From positions 11,718,001-11,782,000 of the forward strand of contig CM120641.1 in NCBI GenBank assembly GCA_051362555.1: a stretch of 64,000 bases of DNA, given 5' to 3'. The translations under genes and the position numbers were made by a program. This document shows positions 47,701-59,400 of this stretch, one piece after another; the first letter of the stretch is position 1; every line of letters starts with the position of its first letter. This DNA is from Lingula anatina. Lineage: Eukaryota > Animalia > Brachiopoda. The notes under the pieces are model-generated. The model ran no database searches. It had not been told where the DNA came from and was given only the letters and a program-made list of their open reading frames with translations.

Positions 47701-50403
47701 AATGTTCAACAATCAAATTGATTTTCAAGCCTGACAGTTACACATGTATAATGACATACTGGTACACTCTTGATTAAAAATTATAAAATGTATGCATTTT
47801 CTTTTCTTAATTTACCACCAAGTTTTAAAACAACGCATCAATTTTAATTGTATACTACACATATGGAAAGCGAAAAAAATGAAGATAATAGGAGCAGAAA
47901 AGTATAGCCTATATTTGACCTCTACGTGTAGTATAAATATAAGTGTATCATTTATTAATTAGTACAATTGATCTCCACATCATAAAATCTTGTTATCATC
48001 ATCTTACAAATCGTCCCTCATTGTCGTCATCACCTCGTCAATGCCGCACATCTGTGTTAGTCTTTCATCTCATCTAAAAGGATAAGAACTGTAATTTATT
48101 GGTTCAAGTATTTCATATACAGTATGTGCGATATTGATGAGGTGATGATGACAAACGATTTGTAAGATGATGATAACAAGGTGTCTTAATGTGATGAGAC
48201 CAATTGTACTGATTCATAGGTAACTTTTTGTTAAGGAATGCATGCACGATAGGGAGTTCTGATTACTAATTTAATTTCACTTGAAAAATGTTGTATGTTT
48301 ATTTAAATCTATACACACGTAATTAAAAGTTTATATGATACATACAATAAAATTTAAATTGTACGTTTCACACGTTTGAGAACTTTTTTGTAAATAATTA
48401 ATCAATAATTAATCATTTTCTAATCGATTTCAATTTTGATCATTTCATTTTTATCTTTTAAATACATGTTATAAGTTGAACTTTTTCAAAGAATTCCCCT
48501 TCGATGCGGACCTTCGGTATTAAGACATAGGGTCCTAGGACCTTCCCTACTGGCATATAGAGTGTCCAGGAGGGACGTTACATTTTAGAACTGTCTGTTA
48601 CCCGTTATTTCGAGATAAAAAGTTCGCCGGACTTTGAGCTTTAAAACATCGGGTCCGACGGACCGTAGAATGGTATCCCTCAGTGTTGCTCGACTCCGGG
48701 AATGTCTTCTTACATGTAGGAATAAACAAAAAAAAATGACACCTTCAACGGTGAATTCTTATACTGTTGTGCAATAGACTGTAATCCGACAGAACTTAAG
48801 CGAAAACAACCAAAAAAGCATACCCGGATAGGCATATATGCCGTACAAGAAAGGTATCAAATGCACTTTTACGCTAAATGCTTGAATTTTCTTATATCAA
48901 GGGAAACTTTTTGCAGGTCCTTGTGTGGCAGGTGTGGTAGGGCAGAAGATGCCGCGATACTGTCTTTTTGGTGACACCGTCAACACGGCATCTAGAATGG
49001 AGTCCAATGGGATGCGTAAGTTTACATGAGTAGGCCTACTTTTCCAAAATGACACACGCACATGTAAAGCGATAATATGATTGAGTCGCATTCTCAAAAT
49101 CCCTTTTAGCATTTCGTTAAAATGCGTAGTAGTTATATTTCCATAAGAATGCCTTATGGCGGGCTAGTAGTTTTGTGTTCCCTTAAACCGATGGTGTGCA
49201 TCGTTAACGTGTAAAATATGGCCACAGTTTGGTCTGAAAACACCGTTACTTATTACATGATCATTTGCCCTATGATTGCCTGTAGTAACATTGAAGGTTG
49301 AGGATGGCTGCATAGAAGCACATATCTATAAGGTTGAGAGCATTACATGTACTTACAAAATAAATGTTATTTTCAGCTCTTCGTATTCACTGTTCCGCCA
49401 GTACAAAGGAACTCCTGGATCAACTTGGAGGATATTCCATTCAGGAGAGAGGGCAGATTGATATAAAGGTAAACCAGGAAATTGAAAATGCATTATTTCT
49501 GGCCTTTGAAAAAATTATCGACAGTTGGCTGACCCGTATATCTATTTCCCTACTGTTAAAAGCTCTTAATAACCAAATAAAAGTAAATGCTTTTGTAGCT
49601 GTTAGTCTTCGTTATATGCTGTTGCCCAAACTTCCACGTCATTATGTACTGAACCTACTTCGCATCTGATCATTTCGTTGTTCGGTTTAGACTTTGAAAT
49701 AGATTCATAGTTTAGCTTTTGAAATTTAATTAATTGGAGTAAAAGGGATGTATTATCTACACCATATGGAAGAGCAAAGTAACATAGATGAAAGCTGTAC
49801 CCACTGCTTAAAATATTGCAGGGCAAAGGAAAGATGCACACCTACTGGGTAGTTGACGAAGACAAAGGGAGGCGAGAGTCCAGAATCTCGTCCTGTTCTG
49901 ACGAGAGCTCACGCCAGAAAGGCAAAATATCCTCGGATTCCTACGAATCTCGTGACAGTATATTCACAAATTCAACGGACACCACCCTGCTTTTACCAAT
50001 GCACGCTCGGGGCAGCTCCACGCCTGTCAGTATGATTTCTAAACCGAACGGAAAATTAAAGCCGAAGAAAGTCGCCATGGGAGGTACTTTGCCAGACGCT
50101 GCAACCAAGAGAAAAGTCTCTCTGCCTCCCATTAAGGGTGTCCTTGCAGCTACACATGTCTCACCACTGCAAAAATTGAAGCCAAACATCAAGCTGAAGC
50201 GCCCCACGCTTCACCATAGATCCCGTTCTGATGATATAATTGGTATCAATGATCGGAATGGGATCAATCGATCTAAGGATCCTGATGATGTGGAGTACGA
50301 GGAACCTAACAAAGCAGCTCGTTTGGATGCAGAACCGCTGTTGGAGGTCCCTGATTCGCCTGTGCATAACCCGCTTTCTAAAAGTATGGAGACCATACTC
50401 TGA
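21383..50403 (+). CDS. Receptor (membrane) guanylyl cyclase, natriuretic-peptide-receptor fold, resembling Drosophila Gyc32E/Gyc76C type (~1266 aa)
   Basis: 22 exons: 21383-21766, 33662-33844, 34675-34801, 35780-35926, 36126-36316, 36499-36634, 37617-37798, 38043-38148, 38376-38454 (TM), 39293-39422, 39854-40036, 41956-42060, 43407-43478, 43890-44052, 44342-44485, 44919-45105, 45636-45776, 46143-46266, 46494-46737, 48917-49015, 49377-49468, 49822-50403; 3801 nt in frame. It encodes a signal peptide, ANF-receptor ectodomain ([38 protein letters not shown]), pseudokinase ([18 protein letters not shown]), helical linker (MEKYATNLE...[11 protein letters not shown]) and cyclase ([41 protein letters not shown]). 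Confidence 0.95.
25941..26077. mobile_element. Short palindromic MITE-like hairpin
   Basis: GGCCTT...CAAGATGTGGACTT...CTGAAGAGCTTGCTCT pairs with AGAGCAAGCTCTTCAG...AAGTCCACATCTTG...AAGGCC. Confidence 0.7.
27844..29202. mobile_element. Non-autonomous foldback-like DNA element with TACGGAAG termini and subterminal ~20-bp CACAACAC tandem arrays
   Basis: Left end TACGGAAGTGTGTAAGGG followed by TCACAACACCACAC-type repeats (to ~28010). The right end has the reverse-complement array (~29020-29185) ending CCCTTACACGCTTCCGTA. Confidence 0.85.
28201..28459. mobile_element. PIF/Harbinger-type palindromic MITE nested in the foldback element
   Basis: TAA|GGCTTCGTTCACATGC...GCATGTGAACGAAGCC|TAA; near-perfect ~120-bp inverted arms and a 3-bp TAA TSD. 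Confidence 0.9.
29230..29340 (-). mobile_element. Possible tRNA-derived SINE 5' fragment
   Basis: The minus strand has a B-box-like GAGGGTCCGATCCCCTGTCGGGTCAC; degenerate, with no clear A box. Confidence 0.3.
29742..29806. repeat. (TTA)n / (TTTA)n microsatellite
   Basis: Directly visible. Confidence 0.9.
30650..31420 (+). pseudogene. Decayed Tc1/mariner transposase relic in guanylyl cyclase intron 1
   Basis: Across frameshifts and stops it reads [10 protein letters not shown] (paired-like HTH start), [33 protein letters not shown] (cf. W..V.FSDESRF), [20 protein letters not shown] (cf. FQQDNARPH) and [17 protein letters not shown] (cf. WP..SPDLNPIE..W), in the correct order. Confidence 0.75.
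33207..33424. mobile_element. PIF/Harbinger-type MITE
   Basis: TTA|GGGTCTGTTCAGAAACAAGTTGATCCGCGGACTAACT ... AGTTAGTCCGTGGATCAACTTGGCTCTGAACAACCCC|TTA; ~37-bp TIR and a TTA TSD. Confidence 0.85.
38648..39031. mobile_element. Degenerate MITE with GGCCTG(G/T)TTCAC TIRs
   Basis: Left GGCCTGTTTCACCA versus right TTGTGAACCAGGCCCCTG; TSD not clear. Confidence 0.5.
40455..41320 (-). pseudogene. Decayed, internally deleted Tc1/mariner transposase relic in guanylyl cyclase intron 11
   Basis: The minus strand, across frameshifts, reads [22 protein letters not shown]; [24 protein letters not shown] (cf. TG...RPRSGRP..TT..QD); VTVRLV*AGYYTR*PLRDPL; [28 protein letters not shown]; [10 protein letters not shown]; [10 protein letters not shown] (cf. 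WPSRSPDL); [31 protein letters not shown] (Tc1 C-terminus). Confidence 0.8.
47961..48210. mobile_element. Degenerate long inverted repeat / palindromic MITE
   Basis: AGTACAATTGATCTC...CTTGTTATCATCATCTTACAAATCG...TCATCACCTC pairs with GAGGTGATGA...CGATTTGTAAGATGATGATAACAAG...GAGACCAATTGTACT. Confidence 0.75.
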
Positions 50404-53236
50404 TAGGTTCACTTTATCTACTTTTTTCCCCCTTGGCGGGTCGACTTTATTTCCATCGGGATTTTCAGTCAGTGACATATAAGCATGGAGAGGACCCCGT
50501 CCCCACCCTAAAACCTCCCAGCTGGATTACTTTGTTGGGGGGTGGGGCGTTGGGGAAGGTTAAATGTGCAAAGGTCTACTATATTCTTAAGCCACCATTG
50601 TTTAAAAAAACACATGCGTATGGAAAGGTGGAAATATGTTATAATATGCGGCTGTATTTACACTGTGCTGTTCTGTTCATCATGGCAATCATAAAAACCT
50701 TTATTTAGAGAACTCGACGAATATTAACTGTCGTTTATGTACATGTATCAATATTATGGCTATCGTCTCTCCTGCATCAGTTTTGTCACGCAAACTGCCT
50801 CAGTCCATCTTGTTAAAATTGACAGATGAAATGGTCTCTGCGGAGCCTATTTTTCTGTCGTGATCCTGTGCAAGATCCTTCAAACTGACCTCGGGCATTT
50901 GAACAAAGAGCAACGTTGCGGGTACTGATACAGTGTACATACATCGAAACCGTATAAATTCACTACCTAAGACTTTGTGAATTTCTGTTGAAAATGAGTG
51001 AGGGGAAAGTAGTAAGGCATATATTAACTTGACATCTTGCATGGATAAATTTGTATAACGAGAGTGTATGATAGTGATTCATTCGATGTCGTTGTGTATT
51101 ATTTTGAAGTAATTCGAAAAAGCCTTTTTTCATAAGATCTATTCTATTGCCAACAACGTTTATTGCTTCATAGACATTCACTGTCATTTGCAGACATTAT
51201 TTAACCATGTTATCTATTGCTGTACCAATAAGTTTGCGCAATCGACTGTCTGGCATGCTGTAGAAGGGAAGGACAACGCCAATACAACACACAACTTGAA
51301 ATAAGGCGTGATCACGAATGGAACTTAGAACTCTGACCACATAATCACGGATTGAAAATCACGGTGTCATTTGTCTCTCGCTTTGTCCATCTGTTAAAAA
51401 TATACAAAGCTTCTGCTATCTGAAACTACATGTTGCGCCCGATGCTCTCATCGTTTACTAATATCAGCCCATGCTAAACGGAGGTCTTCATTACCATACC
51501 AGTTAGTGTAAAGTGTTCACATTTGATTAAGATCATGCTACAGCGATTTGGGCCACCGCTCCTCGTTAGATATGATAACGAGCTGATAAGTGGTTCAAAG
51601 GATCAATCTCAATAAAAGCTGTACGAAGTGATACAGATAAAGACTCCCAGTCGTATTCATGGTATTGATTTGTGGAAATAACACAGTATTTTACCTGTAA
51701 TGTTATATTCCAGAGGACCCCACCCACCACACGAAAAATGAAATAGTTCATCCCGTCACAACTTCCCAAATAAATGAAGAAAATAACCACTCAGCACCCC
51801 ACAGAATCATACCACACGTTTCAATTATCCACATTACTGATACCCTAGATCCGCCCTTGTGTTGCATGTATAACTGTTAAGGCTCAATATTAAAAGGGAT
51901 GTGCTAAACGATTTAATTGCGAGGATAATGACCTCGCTATTAATCTGTGAGCGAGAGTTGATCAGTTAATTGAGGATGAGTTAACACCTCCTTCATGTAC
52001 TATTGACGCCCTTTCAAAAGTAGTCAAAAGGTAGATAGAACAGGGTGAGTAATCGTTTGGCATTGAGGTACACAGGGGTTTGCAAATACGTCTATGTTTT
52101 AATATATACACGTGAATAAGCGTTGCATGTTTTGTATAGTATAGGACATCTATTAATTATATTAAATTTATTGCTGTAATATATGCTAATAAGAGTAAAA
52201 TAAACAAGTCAACAAACATATATCAATAAGTGGGTGTTTTCAACAAAGTGAAACACTGTGCATTTGGTTTATTTTGAATTTTGATTATTCAGAACGGGAT
52301 CTACGGTGAAGCGTGTAATTTAAGTAATTTCGTATTCAGATGCATAACGAAATAGTAAACCATTAACATTTTAAAGGTCGTTCTGTCATTTGCCCATTGA
52401 TACTCCCACCAAGCTGGGAGAGGTGCGTCAGAGCAATGTTTGTGACGCTGTGTAGGCCTACTTATTACAATTGTGTAACACGGTGAAATGAACAGACGAG
52501 ACCAATATAAACTGCAGTCAAATCGAATCAGTTCTTTTCACACATGAAAGTAAGTAGATATAGATAACGGCACAATTCAAATGCTTTTCCCACTTATTTA
52601 GAATAATAAAACTGTTCTGTTCTTAAAATACACATTTACATGTATTTCCCCTTTCCTATGTATTCATTTTAGCAGTACATTATTTATGCACTGTTCAATC
52701 AGAAAAAATATGTAATTTTTACAAATTAAAAAATGTATGTTAAGCATGAATTATGAGTGATATCTCTTGCGTCATATAATAATACTGTTCCTACATGTAC
52801 AAATCAACAGGCGATCCGTCTCTGTTAGAGCACGGTTAAACCATAATGAAATTAGACCCACGCATAGCAAATACCTTGGATTCGTCAGCGCAAAAGCCAT
52901 TCATAAGATAATGGAATAAATTCTAGTCAAATTAACGCTTGTGCGTGATGTGGGCCCACGCTGTCAGATGACGTGTTTCACAGGCGTCAAATCACGAATT
53001 CTTGTTAAAAGTATTTTCTTTGAACTCGGGGGAGAGATATGATGACAACTGGTAACAGGGACATCATGTGTTATCTAGGCGCATGGCCTCTTGGCCCCAT
53101 AAAGACTCAAGGATTTCCGTGAGTCATTCCGATTAGGGGAACATGCAAGGCGGTTTTAAGCCACAACATACAGCACAACACGCGCAAGACAGCCAAAAAC
53201 AGGGAATATATCGCATAGATAAATTAGAAAAAAATA

Positions 53237-53441
53237 AACTAGAAAAGCATTCAGACAGTGCAGACCTCCGCCAAGAGAAATAATTAACTTATATTAAACC
53301 ATTAATTTAATAATGGATCATCACCAAAATCTGATCACTTCTAAGTTCAGCCCATTTTTGACTTATCCTGAAAATGTCACTAAATTCCATCCATAATTTT
53401 TTAGCTTGGCTGGTGACAGACAAACAAACGGAAGTAAAAAC
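53237..53441 (+). mobile_element. Non-autonomous Helitron/Helentron-like (HINE-type) fragment
   Basis: AACTAGAAAAGCATTCAGACAGTGCAGACCTCCGCCAAG start, GGATCATCACCAAAATCTGATCAC core and CAGACAAACAAAC microsatellite near the end. This layout is recalled from such elements and was not searched. Confidence 0.5.
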
Positions 53442-54820
53442 AAAAAGGAAAAGGTCAGGAAGAATAAGTATCATCAATGATCATCAGCTAAAAGTACAAG
53501 TGTACATGAAGAGGTAGGATTTTATGTATTATCCGCATGTATAATCCGCACTGCTTGTGCTGTAAGAAAAGGAAGAGTCGCAAAGAACAACATGGAAAAC
53601 TAACGATCCCATAAGGCCATTGGTGTTTATGTTGAAGCACCTGTTTGCCTTTACACGGACAATATTATCTACAAGAACACGGTGCGGCTGTTGGCTTTCT
53701 TGCAACTTTTCTTTGGCTCACTTTAAAGATATAACTATGGAGTCAGCCTTCCCCTCTCTGGTGACCGAAATATAGGATAAAGAACAAAACCATGCTTAAG
53801 AAACAGCATGCACACGAGCGCAAAACCCATTTAAACCGCTTTGGTGAACACACCAAGAAAAGAAAAGTTTTCTGTAGTTACTTTAGCACCAACAGTCACA
53901 GCCCCGAGGTGCAAGTTGAAATAAAATTTACATGCTAGATATGTGCTCTATTCATTAACATGAATGGCACCATCCGAACTTTTAAAAGACATGGATAGAC
54001 CCACATCAGCATGCAGTGTCTCTCTGTCAACAGCAGTTGCCTTCTGGAACAGACGAAACTTTTTGCAAATAAAGCAGGGAGTATAATAAGTTTAAAAAAT
54101 GGACGGAAGGGTAAATGACTTTAGCGTTATATAGATAACATTCAGAATGGGCCATTAATGATGCATTAAAAATGACAGGTACTAAGTACTGAAACACAGG
54201 TCGAAGACAGTGGCAACATTTAACATACATATAATGGGCAGAATAGCAAAAGAAATGGCCCCGATGTGATCCTTGAGGGGAACGAGTCCACAAACCTTTC
54301 TCTTTATAACATCATTACATAACCTACGTGATATGCCAACTACTCACCATCTGCATGTAGTGGTCAAATCAGTGTGAGCAAGACTGCAGTCGCAAAACTT
54401 TGATAATTAGACTATTCAAAATTTTGACATTTCATTCATCCCACAGTAGGTCTGTATTACAAATCAAAGGAAACTTAATAAAAAGGACAGGGACTTCACG
54501 CATTTCCGCTGTGTTATACACGCTCTTTATGTGACCATCATACATTTGTTGCATCAGTGATATTATCATCAGCATCGTATCCGAAAAGAATTTTAAATAT
54601 TAATTCGCAATAAGGATATTACCATCTCCATAATTAGAACATTAATAAACCATAGTCGACATCGTAATGGCGCACGTTTCTTTTACCCTCGTTCTGTAGA
54701 GCATGGCCTCACAACGCACTATTTTATATCCTTCAACACGTATTCCATGCACAGCGCCATTTCTGAATACAATGTATTTATTCTACGTGCTGAAGCCGGT
54801 TTCCGCCAATTCCGGAAATC

Positions 54821-54848
54821 CACAGCAGGGGGCGCACTCTCGACGTCA
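54821..54848 (+). promoter_or_regulatory. CTCF-like motif (CAGCAGGGGGCGC) next to a CRE-like half-site (GACGTCA), upstream of the ANKRD34-like gene
   Basis: CACAGCAGGGGGCGCACTCTCGACGTCA lies about 170 nt before the ATG; motif match only. Confidence 0.4.
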
Positions 54849-55000
54849 ATCAAAATTCAATCAATATCTTCATTGGCCAGTAGCATCACACAGGCACAGC
54901 AAAAGCTATAATACCACCGTCGTATGCTGTCTGAAGCAGACGGCCCAGTGCACATCGATATGTATCTTAAGGACAGAAAACCTGTAAGTTACAGACTACT

Positions 55001-56465
55001 ATGCTTCTAAATCCGGAGAAAATGCTGAACGGTGATATCAGTCTTGCCTCATCAAATGCAGGATGCATTGCCTTGTTGAAAGCAGTTTCCATGGGAAAAT
55101 TTCGTATGACAAGGCTTTTGATAGAAGGGGGTGCCGACGTCAATGTTCAAAATGAAGAGGGTCAAACTGCTCTTATATTGGTCTGTATGGCCAAACTGGA
55201 TGTCAAGCAAACGGTAAGACTTTTACGTTACCTTTTGCAACATAAGGCTGACCCAAACATCAAAGATAAACGGGGACGGACAGCTTTAATGTTTGCATGC
55301 ATGAACCATTTGGATTACATAGTCATTAAAGTTTTACTGCAAGAAGGATCCAACCCAGTTTTGCGAGACAATGATGGAAAGACTGCAATCATGTATGCAG
55401 CAGAGAGCAACTATACCAGTGTTCTTAATTTACTGGTCATGGCTTCAAAGAAGAAAGGTCAAGATGTGGTCATTGTAGCAGCGCCCAAGTCACCAATGTC
55501 CGAGCTCCTCACTGCCAATAGGTTCATGGCATCAGAATCCATGAAAAGCCTATCGCTGTCGGAGAAAAGTAGTCAGACTCCAGGCCAAAAGTTGGAATCG
55601 GAATTTAGTCAGCAAAATGGAAAGGGTGCAGTTGGAGGGTCAACAAAAAGGCCGAAACCTTTGTTGAAACGGATAAGCATGCCAAACCTTTGGGTACGAG
55701 CAGGAAGTGATAAAAAGCCGTCAGTCACGCGGCCCACCCCAGAGACAGCATCTAACTTTGAAGAAATAAACGAGGAGAGTACAGATTTAATGGACGAAGA
55801 TCTTGAAACCCTGGAAGAACTGAATTCCCCGGTAACCCCAGAGATATCCATCGAGGGTGAGACTTGCTGTAATCAGAAGGTACTGCGAGAGACGCTGAAG
55901 AGTACCACCTGTCGGCGTGGCTCTGTGCCGACTGGGCTACCATCATCCACGATGCGCAACCGACAACGCACATCTCGGTCACCATTATCAGAGCCATTAG
56001 AAGAGGACGTTCTTGATGAAGAAGTGCTAGATTTAGGCAAATATATACCTAATGAAAGGCGGCGAGGCTCTCTACCATCAACACTACCCTCCGAGCGTAA
56101 GAGCCCGACACAGTCAACGAGAAATCGAAGCCCAGCTCCCGGCGAAAGGCCACTAAGTTTAAGCCCTATTAATCGCCGGAAACTGGTAATAGGCCCTGGC
56201 GGACGTGTTCTGGAGCGTCGCGGATCTGGTGCCCAGCTCCTTGACTCTTTGGCTTACACCCGGCCAGGAACACTGCCACCATTAAATATCAATCCAAACC
56301 CACCAATACCTGATATACGCAAGAACGCATGTAAGTGAGCGGCAGGAATGTCATATGGCTGTTCTCAACCTGCTCGATACGTTCTGGGATTATACAGTGA
56401 TGTGCACATATTTTCTTTCTTTTTTTTCAGATATGAGTGATGAGACTAAAAAGCTTTATACATAG
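55001..56465 (+). CDS. ANKRD34: Ankyrin repeat domain-containing protein 34-like (~454 aa)
   Basis: Exon 55001-56330 has four N-terminal ankyrin repeats (ALLKAVSMGKFRMTRLLIEGGADVNVQNEEGQTALILVC; ADPNIKDKRGRTALMFAC; DNDGKTAIMYA) and the ANKRD34 C-terminal motif LERRGSGAQLLDSLAYTRPGTLPPLNINPNPPIPDI. A GTAAGT donor at 56331 and a TTTTCAG acceptor give a last exon 56431-56465 (YMSDETKKLYT*). The unspliced frame stops at 56338. Confidence 0.88.
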
Positions 56466-59400
56466 CTTATGGCAACCGTGATCATGTCAAAAAATATCCT
56501 TAATCAAACAATTAGCAAGAAGCTTGTTTTGGAGAACAAATACAAAGGACGCTCACGATGATATTCTGTGGATGTTGATTTAAGGACAACATAATCCCAC
56601 AGAAAATGCACATGGACAACACCACGAAACTGATATGGATTATGAAACAGTCTTGATTACATGAAAAAGTTTAACAATTGTACATTGTATTTGCGAATAT
56701 ACATTATATATGAGCAATTAGTTTTCAGAAACAACCAAAAGGGGAGATGGAAAAGACTAGATTATAACATTGGCGCCGCATCAATATTTGTATGTCTTCA
56801 AATGTCAGGAGGCGCTATGACTGCAACCCAACCTGCGGGAATATTCGTCAACACGATCAATCGATGAGAGACAATTGGTGTGCCCACAGTGTTATTAAAA
56901 ACCATTTCAGTATTATGTTTTTTAAAGAATTGCGGTGGCAGTGTAAAAATTGAAGTGGCTCATTTTTTATACTGGTACTTTTTGTTTTGTAAATACTATT
57001 CTTATCAAAAGGACAAAAAATGGACTTAACTACTTGCACATATATGTGACTTGTTCTTTTGAGTTGGAGACTAGGTTGACTGACAACCCTTTTAGTCTTT
57101 TAAGAATTGATATAGAATAATAACTTTAAAACTTCTAAACTTAAAGGCATGTTTTTTGTTGCATACTCATTAGACCATGTCTGTGTGATGCGTGGCAAAG
57201 TTAGAACTGTTTTGTCAATTCCCTGGACGCTTAACTTGAAATGAGATATGCACGTGGAAGGTCAAATTAGGACTATAGTCCTTATGCAACAAGCACGCAT
57301 AAGATGTGAAGCAGTATATACCGAACATGGTATAAAGTATACTGCACAGTGAACAGACTAGAAATCTGTGTATGTACATAATATACGTATAAGATGTGAA
57401 ATTACTCAATTGATGTGCTCATGATAATCCAATTACCATATTCAATGTAACTTGCAAAGGAATAACGTTTAAAGGTGACATTATACTATTAATCGTGCCG
57501 CTATATTTATCAAAGTGGCTTCTTGAAAACACTTCAGCTACTGTTGGTGTGTTGAATACGCCACATAATACATGTTATTTCTCTCACTATCAATACTTGT
57601 AACATTGATTTTTGTGCTGCGAAGTTGTAAATCAGATCGCATTTCAGTCCTTAAAGTTGAATAAAAAGCCAGCTTTTGTAAAGGCCAAATAGAGAAATTT
57701 AATCTAGGAGAGTTGGGGATTTGAGGCAAATCCAGTTAGGTAGATAAGTAATAGGATTTTTTCTGAAAGTAGACACTAGAATTTGCCAAAGAAGGGAATT
57801 GTCTGCTGAAGGTCATCCATAACATATAAGGGCTGCAAGACACCAATTGCATTATATTATAACATCATCATCATTATTATGATTAAATGTCACCTTATAC
57901 CGGATTAATGCCAGAAATATCTTTCCTATCGGATACGCCCGATTATCACCTTACTACTGCATTTATAGCGATTGATACCCCTGGCAAAGTGGCAAGTTGA
58001 CTTCAGAATAACGATTTGACTTTGTGTGTCTTGCAGAATAACCACAGCGTCACATGTACACTATTTTGCTCCATTGGTAACAGCACTGGTAACAGCCATG
58101 TGTAATAAGACTTAGGCCTACATGCTAAATTATCATTTTCTTTAGTTCATGTGAAGTTATCAGTTTAAAAATCGATTGCCATTATTGTCGTAAATACAAT
58201 ATCTATTCATGCAAGCATTGTACAGTCCTACCAATTGTAAGCAGCCATTCCATCGCAAATATAGATTCGGAATATAGTATTTATTTGGTTAATTTTCAGA
58301 AATTAGTCAACAATATTATGTACAAGTAATTGACGATGGTAATTAGCACAATTTACGGTTTGCTATAATTTTTGTGTGTACACTTTGACGAATATAGAAA
58401 GGTATGCTAAATTTGAATATTCTGCTATACAGGTGTTTGAGAATAGATAACACTATTAAGGTTTATTTTATTAAGGCACGTGTAACTGAAATAGACCTTG
58501 GTCTTTGCGTTTGCTGTGTTCTCGCTCGATTGATATAATAGCTGATCTTATCTTAAGGTATAGGCCCTATATATAACATTAAAAAATCACTGGCAAATAC
58601 GCATGGGATGCATCTTATGGCATTTGGGACTTATTGGTCCAGCACCTGGCCTCATAGAGGCCTATTATACTGGTTACGAAATAAATAACTTAATAAGATA
58701 TTGAGCATACAGCTGTTCTTTCCCAAGTTGATAGGCCTATGCTGTTTATATGGGTGAACCCAGGACCCTTGTTTTTCTTTTAGTTAAAAACAATGAGCAA
58801 AAATGTTGAGTCAAGCAAATCACGGATATCCTGAGGTTGAGAGTAAGAAGTATCGTTTAATTAAAGAAAGAGATTACTCCTTGCTGATTTATGAACCTTA
58901 CAGCAGAGAACGAAGTCCGCCGCATCCGCTTTTTCTCTCCGGAATCGCACAATTCACAAATTCTTGTCCTCCACCCAGACCCCTACAAATCTTACAGTCT
59001 CAACATGCCATGGTAGTATCCCAGATCAAAGCTGGACCAGGAATGATTTTATTGACCTATATTTTTTAATTTTCTGAAATAGGCTTCATTTTCAACCTGT
59101 TTTTCCATATAAGGTCTATGGTTTGTACATGACGTAAGCCGCAAAAGGCTACAGATATGATAATTACAAAACACGATCGGACGTGATGCCATACTGTGAC
59201 GGATTTACTAGACATGCATGCTAAGTTATGAGTTTACTTATTAGTTTAGCAACACCAAGTTTTAATCTAATGAACAGAAGACCCCATGTTGGGGAACGCG
59301 TGATTAAACGGTACTTCTTCTCAACCTGTCGTCTACGGCGTTTCGTTAGCATGCAAAAGCTACGATTTTGCGCACCGTCACATTTACTTGCGAATGGGTT

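Noticed and set aside
48490-48700. GGGTCC..GGACC motifs suggesting a piggyBac-like MITE
   Set aside because: I could not define TIRs or a TTAA TSD.
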